Shown here piece by piece: positions 1 to 38,027 of a DNA stretch of 64,000 nt. The position numbers and the translations under genes are program-made. The stretch comes from Amoebidium appalachense (Eukaryota; Protista; Ichthyosporea): positions 6,708,889 through 6,772,888 of the forward strand of contig CAVNZM010000012.1 in NCBI GenBank assembly GCA_963693365.1, written 5' to 3'. Numbering within the stretch: position 1 is the first letter of the stretch; every line of letters starts with the position of its first letter. Under the pieces are notes generated by a model. It did no database searches and had not been told where the DNA came from. It saw nothing but the letters and a program-made list of their open reading frames with translations.

Positions 1-350
1 AAGGAGTTCGATTTTGAAAGAAATGGGGGGCAATTGGCTGGTCCGGAGGCCTGGGTGAGGGCTGGATCATGTCCTTTAAGAGTCAGTTTCATAGCGCTAA
101 TACGGAATAAGAAATGAAGGGAAAGATTTTATAGGGCAGAGGCCGGGGGGGGGGGGGGGGGGGGGGGGAGGGGAGGGGGGAGAGAGGGGGAGGGGGGAGG
201 GTGGGTGGTGGCCGATATCCGGAAATCTACTACATAACCGCAAAGCATTCGATTCGGCACACGTGAGTCACATGTGCATCACACGTAAGTTACCATCACG
301 GAAAAGAGAAAAAGAATGGGCTAAACGTGGGTGTGGGAATGGGCTAACCA

Positions 351-463
<113 letters not shown>

Positions 464-688
464 ACATTTTTTTGTTTGTTTTTGCGCTCTGGGGGGGGGG
501 GGGGGGGGGGGGGGCAGGCATGATGCAGCACATACTATAAGGCCACATGTGTACAGATATCATTAAAGTTACTTGCACAAACCGAGCAAGGAGTGCAACA
601 AAACCCTTGCCTGATCGATAGGACTCGAATATCCCATGTGCCACCCCGGTTTGAGCTATGAACGGGTTTGGCCACGTCATTATCCTCC

Positions 689-719
<31 letters not shown>

Positions 720-1407
720 ACACCAAACCCCCCCCCCCCCCCCCCCCCCCCCCCACCCCGAGTTCCCAATACACACACACCCTGCAGCCGCTCCCGCCCT
801 TGGGCCCTCCGGCCTCTCTTAAGCTTCAGATACCACCACCACCAAAAAAAAGGGAAAGAAGAAAGAAAAGAAAGGGAAAGAAAAAAAAAGGGAACGAATA
901 ACGAAAAGAAAGGAGAGAAAAAGAAAAAGAAAAAAAAAAAAACTCGAGCCCCTAAAAACATCAATACACCCCCCCCTAGGTGGGTCTGGACCGTTCCCAC
1001 GGCACAACCAGCAGCAGGCCTGAGTATACATAGGCACATTAACACATGGCCAGTGTTCAGAGTATTACAACACATAATATTTTGGTCTGTCAGAGAAGAA
1101 CCGATGATGCAATAATGTCTGTATGCAAAGCAAGTACTAATTTATTCAGTAGTACTACCACCATTACGTAAGACTATGATGTGGTAGTATGATCATACTG
1201 AGGAGTGCGTGTCCGACAATTTCAAATGATTCGAACGTTGAGGCGTTTATGAGCATAAGAATTCAAGACGACATACATCTTGAATGGTTATGCATGGTTA
1301 GCAGGTAATTGGTAAGTCAATCTTGAGGCCCTGTGTACCTATATATATAGCTATCCATCCATCGCTCCCTCCCTCCCTCCCTCCTCCTCTCCCTCCTCTT
1401 TTTGTGT

Positions 1408-1454
<47 letters not shown>

Positions 1455-1648
1455 AATCTTTTGGATATCGGAGTCACAAACATTTCATGCGCATGGCATT
1501 GCATGCTCAGCCTTGTGTGTATCTTAAGCCCGGAAGATGTGCACGTGCCTGTGTTGCGCGTGACATCATGAGCGCACGTGTGTACGTGCATGTACTTGTG
1601 TGTGCGTGCGTGCGGGCATATGCTTGTGTGTGCATGTGTTGGTGTGTG

Positions 1649-1726
<78 letters not shown>

Positions 1727-1800
1727 GTCACCGTGTGTGCATGAGTGCGTGTGCGTGTGCGTTTGTGTTTGAGTGTATGCACATGTGTCTGTGTGTGCAC

Positions 1801-1874
<74 letters not shown>

Positions 1875-2851
1875 GGTGCAATATTTGTACATGGCATGGA
1901 TACAGTAGGAACATTTTACTGCTGACTCATCAAAATGAATGTTGTAACACAATCTCAATTTTTTTGTATGGACCAATTATCTGCGCGTGATCGCACTCAA
2001 GTTAGCCAAAAAAGAAATTTAAACGGGATGTTTTGGCACGCAACTTTTTTTTCAACGATTTAACAAAAATGTAGGAATATGGCATGCATCAGGAATGACC
2101 CCCCTCCTCCTATCCTCCTCCTCCCCCTCCCCTCACCATTTTCTGAACTGTTTTTTTTTTCTTTTTCGCGCCCTCTCCATGTTTTGTAGTGGGTTTTAAC
2201 CTAGCCTGAATAAAAAGACCTTGGCAGCTGGGTACAAAAATGCCACGGATTCGAATTTTCATGCTCCCGGCCACGGATTAGCTCTAGCAGATTTATATTT
2301 AAGTTTTCGATCACCCAGCGTGCTTAAGCAGGCTACCTGGGCATTCCACTAAAAGCGCCCTTACATTGCATCGACATCGTCGATATCATCAAGTTTAGCA
2401 ACATATGCATTCTAATGTTCATTTACACATCACTGATCATAAACTACGTCACAGTGTTTCACAACACTCCATTATAAGAGCATATAATTGATGAAACTAC
2501 TTAATGTGATAATTACACAATCTGTGCACTTTCCTGTGCCAGCCCTAGTACTAAGTAATATCTTGTCGCGATTGAAAATATTGCGGATCGCATGAAAGCT
2601 ACAATCAGATGACGAAACTATTTACATTCTTTCGACCACATGCAACATACCCTAGTGATAGGTATTGATTCAAATCAATATAATGAATGCCTCTTCAGAT
2701 TCCAGCCAACAGCCCTGTATATCTATAGGAATCCAAAAATCAGAAAAGGTTCACCTGAAACCACTGAAAGAATACACAGTCCTTATCACGCCCGTCTCAG
2801 GTTACAACGTACCCTTCGAACCTGACTAACATTCTCTCCAATGGTATTCGA

Positions 2852-2882
<31 letters not shown>

Positions 2883-2909
2883 TACACACACACCCGCCCA
2901 TCCACCCAC

Positions 2910-2940
<31 letters not shown>

Positions 2941-3166
2941 CAAACCTTGAAACGATATTAAGATGTAGAATAGTGTAAGCGATTAACTATACCGTTCCTT
3001 GCATTTTCCATTTTCTTGCCTATAATGCTCTGCAAAAAGAAACTACTCATGTGTGCACACCCAGCTGGCCCAGGCATGAAGCGTGCACATAAACACTGGA
3101 AAGGGTATGCAGAATGCTAACTCAAAAAGACGACCCCCACCCCTCCCCACCCCCTCCCTTCGGGGC

Positions 3167-3202
<36 letters not shown>

Positions 3203-3480
3203 AAAGAAGGACAGAAAGAGGAAGGAAAAAGGAAACAGGCAGGGGAGTAAGGCCTAAAAAGAGTGTATAACTGCGAATCCCGCCCGCGGGCGCCCGCGCG
3301 TGTGTATATATCAGTTGGGAGGGAGGGAGAGGCGCTGGAGGGGAGGGGGGAGGGGGAAGGGGGAAGAGGGGGGGGGGGGGGGGGGGGGGATCAAGCAACT
3401 ATCCAGGGACTGATATGACCTCGTGCCTCACGTTCCCTGTTCCTCCCTTCCACATCACCTGCACGTTTGCGTACACATAC

Positions 3481-3585
3481 GGCGGAAGAGACTTGGCAGG
3501 TGTGTTGGCTACGATAGAGACTTGCTCCCTCAGAAGTGTCTCCGTTTCTTTAGTTAGCTTTAGATCCTCTGTACGTGTGTTCCAT

Positions 3586-3618
<33 letters not shown>

Positions 3619-4118
3619 GAGTGGGGGGAGGGAGGGGAGGAGGAAGAAGGGGGTTAGGATGTGTTCAGGAGTACGAAACACATATTCCTTTAGGTATATG
3701 AAGCAGTGATAATGTGTGTGTGTGTGTGCAAAGGCTACCTGTGCGTACGTAAGTACACGTTTAAATATGCAAGCACTGTATGTGTGTGTGCTAGTTGTCC
3801 TCACGTTGTTCATCGTTATTTCCTGCATTGATTTACGGTTACACATTTTGTTTTTTGGTTGCCTTTTGTTTGCTTATTTTGCCGCTTTCCCAATTCCGTT
3901 TCAGAGTCCCAACCCCTCCAGCAACCCTTCAAGAACAACTATACATCGTGTGACCGCAGCCTGTTCAGATGATAAATCCCCCCCCCCCCCAAAAAAAAAA
4001 GCAAAAACAAAAGAAAAACAAAAAAAACAAACAAAAAAACAACAACAAAAAAAAAAACTTCCCATCTCAACCCCCGCCTCTTTTGAAAGCCTCCCCCCCC
4101 CCCCCCTCCCCCCCCCCC

Positions 4119-4149
<31 letters not shown>

Positions 4150-4920
4150 ACAAACACACACTTACACACACAGAACGAAAATTTGAAAAGATGAAAAGAC
4201 AAGGGAAAAAACAAGAAGGAGGAAAATAAGAAAGAAAAAATTACAGAAAAGCAAAAAAGAAAATACAACGCAAACCCATAACCCATCATTCACTTCCAGC
4301 CCCCCCCCCCCCCCCCCCCCCCCCCTCCCCCCCCCCCCCCCCGGAGCGGCCTCCCTGCCTGGCCCCCCGCCCTTTCAAAGTTCTTTCTGAGGTGCTCTCC
4401 ACCAATATACCCGCCACTAAAAATGAAGTGTTTGCCACGTTGACATACAGAAAATAATAGCCCCATGTAGAATCAGAATGATGCCCAACATAGGAGGCCA
4501 CACGGTCTCCCGTCAAACCACCAAACTTTCACGCTAGCGGCTTTCTCCTCCTCCTCCCTTCCCCCTCCCCCCCCCCCCCCCCCCCCCCCCCCCCTTCCCC
4601 CCCTCCTGTCCGGGGGTTCTCCTTCACTTCTATATTACTCAAACAACCACTCTACCACCACTACCCTTGGGATGTGTGCACAACGTGGCGCAATGATGGT
4701 CATGCTACTAACCTATACCACTCAGCCCCTTGTATAGTTCGTTGATCTTGTCAGGCGGCAGCTCAGCAACAGTGAATGTGCTCTGAAGATCCGAGAGAGT
4801 CGTTTGCTTTAAGATGTACGCACCGGTGGAAAAAACACAGTCTGCAACACGGCTAGAGACCGTGAAACGGGCTGCAACTGGGGCAACCCCTGAGAGACGC
4901 AACCAGAACTGTAGAGCCAT
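3481..4920 (-). CDS. Probable exons of an unidentified multi-exon gene (exon ending at 4713; exon 3568-3481); gene limits unresolved
   Basis: Open frame ...TTLSDLQSTFTVAELPPDKINELYKGLSGI ends at a phase-1 donor (G|gttagt, 4713). It joins in frame to an exon after poly(C)...acgtacag, giving E-DLKLTKETETLLREQVSIVANTPAKSLP, which ends at a gtatgt donor. No family recognised. Confidence 0.35.
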
Positions 4921-5382
4921 CTATGGTTCTTTCGAAGTTTCACATACAAAGGGCAGTTTGAAGAACATTGCAGAGTTAACGGGATGTTATCAATATCACC
5001 GTGGAGAAGAATATTTGTGTTAAGGCGTGCTGACAGCCAAAAGTCCTGTCGTTTTTTTTTTTTCTTTTTTCAACCTCGTTCTTCAATTTCAGACGAGTTT
5101 TCATGTTCGTGATTCCTGGCGAATACGCTCAACTCTGGCCATCGGGTGAAAAAGTACCCAAATCCCGGTGCAAACTTTTTTTTAGAACTACTATGGAGCT
5201 CCTTACGGTCCCAAGGGCTTCACTTCAATCTCCATCCTTGCTCGCACCTACATAACATTTTGTAGTAGCATCTGCAATTACCATCTCTATTTATCATTAT
5301 CATGCATCAAGGTCGAGACACTTGGCCATGGACAAATTTTGCCCAAGGCTTCGGTGTTCGGACTCACTTGGCTCACAGTTTT

Positions 5383-5433
5383 TGACATATACTAATCCGT
5401 CTCAGCAGATTAGCCTAAGTCTACGATCGAGAT

Positions 5434-5470
<37 letters not shown>

Positions 5471-6112
5471 GGCCCGGGTCCACAGATCATCAAGATCAAG
5501 TCCGGGGCCTCAAGATAGCTGTACAGCTGCGTGCATCTTGCCTCTGCCGGCGCAGGGCATTGGACCACGTCAGCCGGGACAGCCGTCCAATAGAATTCTA
5601 ATTAGTGTGTAGGATAGATCGTAGGAGGACTTAGGAATGTGATTGTTCGGGCAGAAGCCCTTTTGTAAGTATTGGCAAGGTTAGATAGTGTATGTTGCCA
5701 AACGTATTTATATATTTAAATGTAGAGGGAAAGGGGGGGGAGGGAGGGGGGGGGGAGGATAGTATGAAATGTAGATTTAGACTCTGCGGTGCCACTAGGG
5801 GGAGGGTGAGGGGTGAGACATGGATAAATATATTAGTTGAGTAGATCGACTTAGCTCGTGCAGGCGCACGATAAAAGTAGATCGGAATGTTTGGAATGTG
5901 GCATCGTAGGGGGCCAGGTGATGATGATCTTTGAGGGCACGGCCTTGATGGCCTCAGTCGTAACTTAGACTCATTCCGTACGGATCTAAGTTTGCCCGTC
6001 GGAGCCTGGTCTGAATAAACTTTACCGTTTTTCCGTACACGTTCGTTCCTTTTCGTGTGGGTACACTTAGTAGAGTGCCGCGTCTCTAGTACACATACAT
6101 TAGGATACGACA
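5383..6112 (+). mobile_element. Solo LTR (730 bp)
   Basis: TG...CA termini; imperfect terminal inverted repeat TGACATATACTAAT / ATTAGGATACGACA (11/14 match); 5-bp TSD GTTTT at 5378-5382 and 6113-6117; internal CCAAT, TATA-like and AATAAA (~6015) motifs suggest plus orientation. Confidence 0.75.
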
Positions 6113-7400
6113 GTTTTCACTCGATATTTTCACAGAGCAACTAATATGAACGTTAGAACTAAAGAGGTGGAGACATGTTGTCGCTACACTATATCTGAAG
6201 AATAGGGAATATATGGTGGCGGAAAACAATAAAAAGAGCCGCCGTGGCTATCGCCATGCAGCTTTCTTCTATCTGGTTAGGCCATAAGGGTTATATAACC
6301 TAACGAGAAAAAAATAAGAGAAAGTATAAATTCAAACGGATTGAAACGAGGATCCTCTCAAAACACCTCACACTAGCCAATCAAAAACGGTTATTCTTCT
6401 AAACCCATCTTTTGTCCCACAATCAAGCATCCAAAAATTGATTCTCTGATAAAACCAATTACTTGACAGATCGGAGCAAGGGTGAACCCCCTTCAAAACG
6501 AACAAATCTTTCGCCTTTTACTAAAGATTTCCGTGGTGGGGGTTTTCAAGCCCACTTCACAATTTTGTTGTGGCCATACCCCGTACGGCTTCCCTTCAAT
6601 TGTCGCTGAAACCAAAAACTGCTGACCCCTACCCTCACAATTCCCTCATTGTCCACATTAGCGAAAGCATAGCGATTTCGCTCAGCACGGCCTTTGAAAT
6701 TCTCGCACCTCGTCGTCCTTCCCGCTGTAAGGCTTCATTCACCTCTATGCGTGCTTCAGCCCAGTCGGTTCCACGATATGTCCCCACCTGATTCAGCCAT
6801 GGGTATCGATGCCAACTCAGCCTGAGAGTCTGACGTGCATGACTTCCAGTTTCATAGTTGCGCAATTGCAATCGCCAAGTTGTGCAGGTGCAGCCCTTAA
6901 GGATACGGACCACATTTTTTTTTAATGTATACTGTCTGTAAGCAGTTCGCGATATCCACGATATCCTAACCACCATTTGGTACATTTATTTAGGTTATCA
7001 AGGGCTCGTGTCAGCATTTCCAACATCATCCCGTCACTTCCCCACTTTATTAGAACTTCTTTTCGTTACTCAAGGCAAGCCTCAGGAATATGCAGAGGTA
7101 GAGATTAGACCGGATGGCCTCGTATCTGTGATATCTGTTATGCAAGAAGTACCGCAGGTGTGCATACACACGTACTTTATTCACGTTCCCAGCAAAAACC
7201 CTTTCGTGCTTATGCAAATATAAGTTGATTTCATAAAAGGTTCCAAAATCACTGTACCCTGCCTGCCTTTCCTAAATACACTATATTCCATGTCAAAGCT
7301 GTGTACTTGACCACGCACGTGTCCATGTGTCAAGGAAAAGTGCACTAATTGCTGCATCATCTATATAGTTTCTCTCACCATGATCTGGAATACTACTATT

Positions 7401-7437
<37 letters not shown>

Positions 7438-8263
7438 ACCCCGGAGAACAAAAAGCACACACAAGCAAACACACGGGTGTGCACGTGCACACCACCACCA
7501 TCAAACCACTGGGGGAAAAAAGGGGGTGGTATTTCCGAGGTTATGCACAATCCCCAAGCGTTGGATCCACCACGTGCAGGTGAGTCACTGTAGATAGGCA
7601 CATTGCGCAAACCCATTCATATCGAATTGCTAGCCTTGTCATGTGAAGTTTCAGACACATCCATGTATGGAACACTGAACCTCGTGCCGAGCTCCGGGCG
7701 TAGGGAAGGTGTCACAATCTCAACTATCCATCTTCACGGTGAGACCTGATGCGTAGACGGATGGGTGGCGTAATCGATGTCCTTGGACGGCAGGAAGTCA
7801 TGATTGTGATGGTACCGGTGTCTTCTCATCTTTAAAAAAAAAAAAAAAAAAAAAAGGTCACAAACAGAAAGGCGTCATCCTGTAGATCAAATGAAAACTG
7901 ATGGATTGAAGGGCAAAGAAAGGGAAAGGCAAGAGAGGGGAGAAACGGCGAAAAAGTGAGGTTGGGGTGACGTGGGGGTCTACGTGTGTGGGTTTCGGTG
8001 TGCAGTGGGGGAAGCACTTTATGAAACCAGGCGCTTGCATTGATGAAAAACGAAAAGGCAAGCCCCCCCCCCCCCCCCTCTCCCCCGGGGCATCACCCCG
8101 GTCTCTAATATAAATCAAGAATTACAGCTATTCCAGCTCGTAGTTAGTGTAGCATGCACACGAGGTTCACATCGACGAATTGCAGTACGAAAAACGAACC
8201 GAGCATATGCCCTGAAAAGTGTGCCCGGTGGTGGTGGTGGTGGTGGTGGTGGTTGGGGAGGGA

Positions 8264-8298
<35 letters not shown>

Positions 8299-8300
<2 letters not shown>

Positions 8301-8640
8301 GAATGCGGAACACGGTACGAAGTACATATGCACGACGAGAAGCATGGTGCAGGACACATGCTAAGGCAAACCTTCAAGTATGCAACATCAGCAATGTGCA
8401 CAGTATGTGTCATAAGCAGAGCTCATCTTCAGGGAGGGGCGGGGAGAGGGGGGGAGGGGAAGGGGGGGGGGGGGGGGGGGGGGGGTTGTGAAGTACACAA
8501 GAACAAACGGATAACACGATGCAGAATGCAAGCCATACATAAAGAGTATGCATAATAAGCAGAGCCCATCCTCAGGGGGGGCCCACGTCATCCACAGTAC
8601 CCGAGTTTCGACCTATTCCCCTCGTTAACGAAACCCAACT

Positions 8641-8641
<1 letters not shown>
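8299..8641 (-). repeat. Two adjacent copies of the CATTCAA-poly(C) dispersed element (subfamily B 8299-8438; subfamily A 8486-8641)
   Basis: Reverse complements of the elements at 24010-24202 and 18140-18313; each is bounded by poly(G) on the plus strand. The A copy has a small deletion near its 3' end. Confidence 0.85.
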
Positions 8642-8690
<49 letters not shown>

Positions 8691-8911
8691 GGAGGAGAAG
8701 GGGGCAGAGTTTACACTTGAACTTGACATGAGAAATGTTCATATGAACGATAAAGGTGAAGGAGAAGACCGGAAGAGAGGGGGGCTATGGAGCAGCAGGC
8801 AGCAAAAGCATGCAGCCATCAGTCAGATCTAGACCAAACATAGAATTACTCCATTAAATCATAAAAAAATCAAAAACTAACATTTCAAAACTAAAAAGGC
8901 CACACCTTAAA

Positions 8912-13521
<4,610 letters not shown>

Positions 13522-14303
13522 CTTTGGGGTTTTTTAAAATTTGGGTCTAGTTACAGACTAAGCATAACTGCACAACTAAGTCTATCGGCACACAAAACGT
13601 GATCTTTTATAACGACCTAGCCTATTGCAAGTACATTTGGCTTCCACTGAGAGGGTGTGTTTCCAGACATGCCTGAGCTATTGCAACACAACTAAGCACA
13701 CTAGACCCATCGATGCTATATTACTGACGTATCCTAATCCTGATTGAATGACGCGAAGAACATTAACCCGAAAGGCCCATCATCGGCTTCGCTATTTGCA
13801 AACTTGGCCCTCCCTTGTCAGCCAGCTGTCAGCTGTGTTCTTTGTCCGAGTCTCCCAAACTTCAAGAACGATTCCCTGACGTCATAACGGACCCGAAACT
13901 ATGACGAAGAGTATGTAGTATCCGAAAATGACGTCATACTTTGGGCCGGGATCAAGTCTGATTCTGGCAGGCAGCTCGCACACCGTTGAACACACACACG
14001 TATTGTAGGCTGAAGGGTGGCGTAAACGAAGAACTTGCTCGAGTGATAGCTTCACTACTATTGTTCATGCTGTCGAGTTTGAGTGCTGAGTTTTATCGTT
14101 TGCGCTGCCCCCAAGCATTCAACCTTTGTGCGATAATACCTGAGCTCTTTTAACATCTAACCTTTAGGCACCAAGCAATTCGTAATCCACCCACAAGCCC
14201 ACAACCTATCCATTCCCCCACTTTCATGTCATCGGGAGGTTTGTGTCTGTCGCACACACATCGTTTAAGCTTGGAGAGCAAATAGTGAAATGAAAAGACG
14301 AAG
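13522..14303. promoter_or_regulatory. Putative bidirectional promoter with two CRE/ATF palindromes (TGACGTCA at 13877-13884 and 13929-13936)
   Basis: Repeat-free ~780 bp between divergent start codons (13521 minus, 14304 plus); two perfect TGACGTCA plus TGACG half-sites. Confidence 0.55.
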
Positions 14304-30968
<16,665 letters not shown>

Positions 30969-31087
30969 TCGAGTGGGGGGGGGGTGTTGTGTTTTGGTTG
31001 TTTCTTTCTGTCTTCTTCGGTCCTTTCTTATCTTTTTTCTTTTTTGCCCCTTTGTTCTTAATTTTTATTTATATTTTTTTTTGTGTG

Positions 31088-31141
<54 letters not shown>

Positions 31142-31506
31142 ATGTGCATGTGTTGGGGGGGGGTAGGTGCTGTTTGGTTAGGTTCTGTTGGTTTAAGTTT
31201 TTCTTATTTTCCCTTTTCTGTGTGCACACGGAAAAGGATGTTTTTCCCCTGAAGACTATTCAGTTGCACGCCGTGTTTCCTGAAATTTAAACTTGTTATT
31301 ACTTCCAAGTCAGACGTTTTCCTTTTTATCTATGAATGTGTGAAAGTAAGGATCGTAGAATGGAACGTAGAAGGACCTTTATTAGGTATAGCAAACAAGC
31401 AACGATGTGGGCCTGAAAGGTTTGCTGTGCCGTTTATCTGTATGTAGAATCCCTCCTCCCCCCCTCAAACACACACACGCACACACACACACATACAAAC
31501 ACACAC

Positions 31507-31544
<38 letters not shown>

Positions 31545-31819
31545 GTACACACACACACACCCGTACACACACGTACACAAACGTGTACACACGCACCCTA
31601 ATCTGGTCTCCCCCAACAATGCCATATATATGCCATATATATGTGTGGATGTTAACACATGGATGTCTATGTACATGAATGCATATCTCTGTGAGGCTGA
31701 TATGAATGTATGAAAGCAGACAGCCAGCTGTGGCCGGAGTCATGCAACATTACTGCATGAAACAATGTCTCGTGCGCTTATGTGAAAATGGCGGCCTAGT
31801 CCAAGTTGCTGCGCGACAC

Positions 31820-31864
<45 letters not shown>

Positions 31865-32194
31865 CGTGCGTGTGTGTGTGTCTGCGTGTGTGTGTGTGTG
31901 CTTGCGTGCATGTGTGTGTGAGACAGGTTTGCACCTGCACCAGGATCCTGACCCCCCCCCCCCCCCCCTCCGGCCGGCCCTCTCGCAAAACAACAACAAA
32001 CTACACAAACATATGCACGTACTGGGACACGCGTGCGCACACACGTACGGGGGAAACCCAGACTGAGTACACATGCGCAGTTAATTATTACTGTACTTTC
32101 GCATGCAGACAATTGAGGAACACCGGTACCATTAGGTGCTCATATATGCCGCATGTGTACAGCCAAATAATCGTCCGGCCGTGCACACCTCCCA

Positions 32195-32237
<43 letters not shown>

Positions 32238-32514
32238 CTCCTCGAGACCCCCGTTTTGCACTTTGCAAGATCTAAGTTATCGTTGATCATTGGCATTTCA
32301 TAGCTAATTTCACCCACAGATTGCTGTGTTTTTATTGGTCGATACATAACAGGCAACAGCATGAAGAAAACCCATTCAATTAATTTCAGATCCATACATG
32401 TTACGTGTACATCGAGTCTTACGGTTACACCGATATTTACAACGGTCCAAGTATACATACTTTAGATCGAAACCGGTTCGATCGCATCACCCATATAAGG
32501 AAACTGTGCAAAAC

Positions 32515-34601
32515 CTAAGAAAGGTCCCCCTGCGTATGGTATATTCTCACATGTCTCTTCAATAACACTTTCCGAGTGAACCTCTTCCCGCACCCTTCCT
32601 GCGTGCACGCGTACGGCTTCTCCCCCGTGTGCTTGCGCATGTGCATAGTCAGATAGTGTCGGCTGAGAAAACACATATTGCACCCGTCATACGTGCAATA
32701 AAACATGTCACCCGTGTGTGTGCGTGTGTGCGAATATAAAGAGAGAGCATGTCTAAACTTTTTCTCGCATCCCTCAAACGTGCAATCGAACAACTTGTCC
32801 CCTGCATGTGCCTCGAGAATGTGCGTGTCCAAATCGTCTCGGTTTCTTAACCTACTCTTGCAACCCCCCACAAGGCACGGAATAGTTTCATGTTTTACCA
32901 AATGGGAATCCAACAACCCACTGCTCGGAAAACGTTTGTTACATCCGGGAAAGGTACATTCAAACCGGGATTCGGAATTTTTTTTGAATTTTGCCTGTGA
33001 AGGAGTACTACTAGGAGTAGAATCATCCGCACTCAAAATCTGCATGCTATCGAAGGTAACGCGTCTGTGCACCCGTAAATGATACTTGAGCGACGATGAA
33101 TCCACAAAAGATGCCCCACACCCTTCGTATATGCACGTGTGCCTCTCCCCACTATGTTCTTTTCTCTCGTGCGCTCGCAAATTCTTATTCGCCGAAAACC
33201 TCGCCCCACACCCGTCGTGGGTGCACGAAAACGGTTTTTCTCCCTGGTGTTTGGTTCGTACATGCTCCTCTAACAGACGCGCGAACACAAACCCCTTTCC
33301 GCATTGCGGTTCTGTGCACATAAACTGCCGTTCGCCCGTATGTTTCGCCATGTGTCTCTTAAACCCATCCGCACGTACGAACCTCTGCCCGCATCCGGCG
33401 TACGTGCAAACATGTGGACACTCCCCGGTGTGCTCTCTCCGTTCGTGCACACGCAGTCCGCTCGTCGTAGTGAAGCTCCACTCGCACCCCGCATACGGGC
33501 ACTTGTACGGTTTCTCCCTTGTGTGCGTTCTCTCGTGAACCGTCAGGTGACCCTTCTGTGTAAACTTCCTCCCGCACACTCCACAGGTAAACGGTTTTTC
33601 ACCGGTGTGCACGCGTACGTGTTTCTTCAGATCACCTGTACCTTTGAATGTCTTTCCGCACCCATCCCACGTACATATGAGTTTCAAAATATCGTCCGTT
33701 GTCGATTGCTTGTCGCCTCGAATGTCGCAAAGTTCGCCCGCCTGTGTGTTTTCCCCTGCCCCCTCACCCGTGTGTTCATCTCTCACATGCACCGCGAGTA
33801 AATTTTTGTTCTCGAACATTCTCCCGCACCCCTGGCGGGAACAGGCAAACTTTTGCCTCCACACGTGCACTCGCTCGTGTGCTTTTAAATGGCTGAGGCA
33901 AATAAACCCTTTTCCGCAGGTCGGCTCGGTGCACATAAACGGCCATATCCCAGTATGAGTCGGTATGTGTTTCTTGAGACCGTTATAGGAAACAAACTGC
34001 CTTCCACACCCCGGGAATGTGCAAACGTGCGGTGTTTCTTCCTCATGATCTGTCCTCTTGTGCAGAATTAGGTGGTGTTTATCGATAAAATCGCTCTCGC
34101 ACCCCTCATAAGGACACTTGTACGGCCGTTCGTTGGTGTGTGTTCTCACGTGGATCTGAAGAGATCTCTTATGCCAAAAAGGTCTGCCGCACGTGTCGCA
34201 GGAAAACGGGATAACGACACTGTGCGTTTGCATGTGTTGTTCCAAACAGAAATTGGTTGGGAAACTCTTACCGCAACCGTCCCACGGGCACACCTTTCCT
34301 GGTTTGTTCGGCGCATTGTTCGTTGCGGCATGTGTGTCGTGTTCCTGTTCGTGTTCGTTTTCCGCGTGCACATGCGGTGTGGTGGTGCTTGTTGTTAGCT
34401 GTGGGTTGGTGGTGGTTTTTGAGGCTGTGGGGGCATCTTGCGTGGGTGGGTCGACCGGCGCCATTTCCTGTAAAAGGATTGCAATTTAGTCTCTGCAGTA
34501 TCTTTGATCTCAAACCTTATGTCAAAAAGTTAGGTGGCTAGGAGAAGGGCAAGGCTAGGCAATGCCCCCCCCCCCCCCCCCCCCCCCCCCTCCTTTACCC
34601 C

Positions 34602-34633
<32 letters not shown>

Positions 34634-35014
34634 TGGGGGGGGTGGGAGGCAGGGGGAAAAGGGCAAGGAGGTAGAGGGAGGGGGGGCTTTGGGCAAACGA
34701 GAGAAAGAGAGAGAGAGAGAGACACACAGAGAGAGACAGAGAGCGAGACAGAGAGAGAGAGGAGGGGAGGGAGAGAGAGAGAGAGAGAGGTGTGTGTGTG
34801 TGTGTGTGTGACGAGTGCAACGCACGTATGTGTTTCAACGAAGAGAAGGGGTGGGGTGGGAGGGGGGGAGATGGAGACGGGTGAGAGAGAATGTGTGCTT
34901 AATGCTTTCTGTTCGGCGTTTCCCTCGTTACAAGCCGATCCCACGCCTGTGTATGAGTGTGTGTGTGTGTTCTGTATGATTTTATGCGCGCGCGTACCTG
35001 TGTGTTGTGTGTGT

Positions 35015-35051
<37 letters not shown>

Positions 35052-35055
35052 GTAT

Positions 35056-35087
<32 letters not shown>

Positions 35088-35464
35088 CTCTGTGTGTGTG
35101 TCTGTGTGTGCGCGTGTGCGCGTGTGTGCGTGCGCGCGTGTGTGCGTGCGCGCGCGTGTGTGTGTGTGCGTGTGCGTGTGTGTGTGTGTGTATGTGTCAC
35201 GTATGTGCGTGTCTGTGTGTTTGTGTGTGTGTGTGCGTGCGCAGGTTTGTGCGTGCATGTGCGTGTGCGAATGTGTTGGGTGTGCGCGTGTATGCGTGCG
35301 TGCGTGTGTGCGTGCTTGCTTGCTTTGGGTTTTTTGGAGGGGAGAAGAGGAGGTGGGGGGCGGGGGGTGGTGGGGAGGGGGGGGGGGGGGGGGGGGGTTG
35401 CTACCACATCTTCGTCAGCAGGATTGGCTTTACGCCGACTCGCTGATCTCGTTTTTGGAGGCAT
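32515..35464 (-). CDS. Multi-C2H2 zinc-finger protein; exons 35464-35405 and 34467-32515; ~670 aa
   Basis: More than 15 C-x2/4-C...H-x3/4-H fingers with HTGEKPF/Y linkers. Upstream exon MPPKTRSASRRKANPADEDV|gtagc is conserved in the duplicate and splices in phase 0 to tttacag|GAA ATG. Confidence 0.92.
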
Positions 35465-35920
35465 CCCGAATGGCACGTGTTCATGTGCTGTGAATGCTAT
35501 GAAACCCCTTTGTGTTTTTCTTGCCTAAGGTTTGCCATTCTGGTGTTACTCACACGGCAGTACTACCCTAAACCTAAGTGCCGATCGTGAGTGCAAGCTA
35601 ACAGAAACTGAGTGAGAGCAAAAGGAAGACGCGGGCGGGATGGGTTGGGTATCAGTGGCGCTGAGTGAGGACAGATTGATGGCATGTATTGCCTTCCTCG
35701 AAAGTAGCATTCCTCGTTTATGTGCAGTCAATAGCGACTAAAGAGAAATCTTCCTCGGATCGGTATTGCAGTCCTCGAACATGGCAAACTCTGTTATCTG
35801 CAGTACTGTATCGAGGGTTTGGCGCCAGCCCAAAAGTCTCAGTGCTTTTTTTGTAAAATCTTTGGCACCGTTTTTTTTTCGCTTCTATTTTCATGCACGC
35901 CAGAGTGCGGAGAATTCATA

Positions 35921-38027
<2,107 letters not shown>

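Noticed and set aside
6635-6985. 116-aa minus-strand ORF in unique sequence
   Set aside because: No recognisable motif and no convincing splice connection to other exons.
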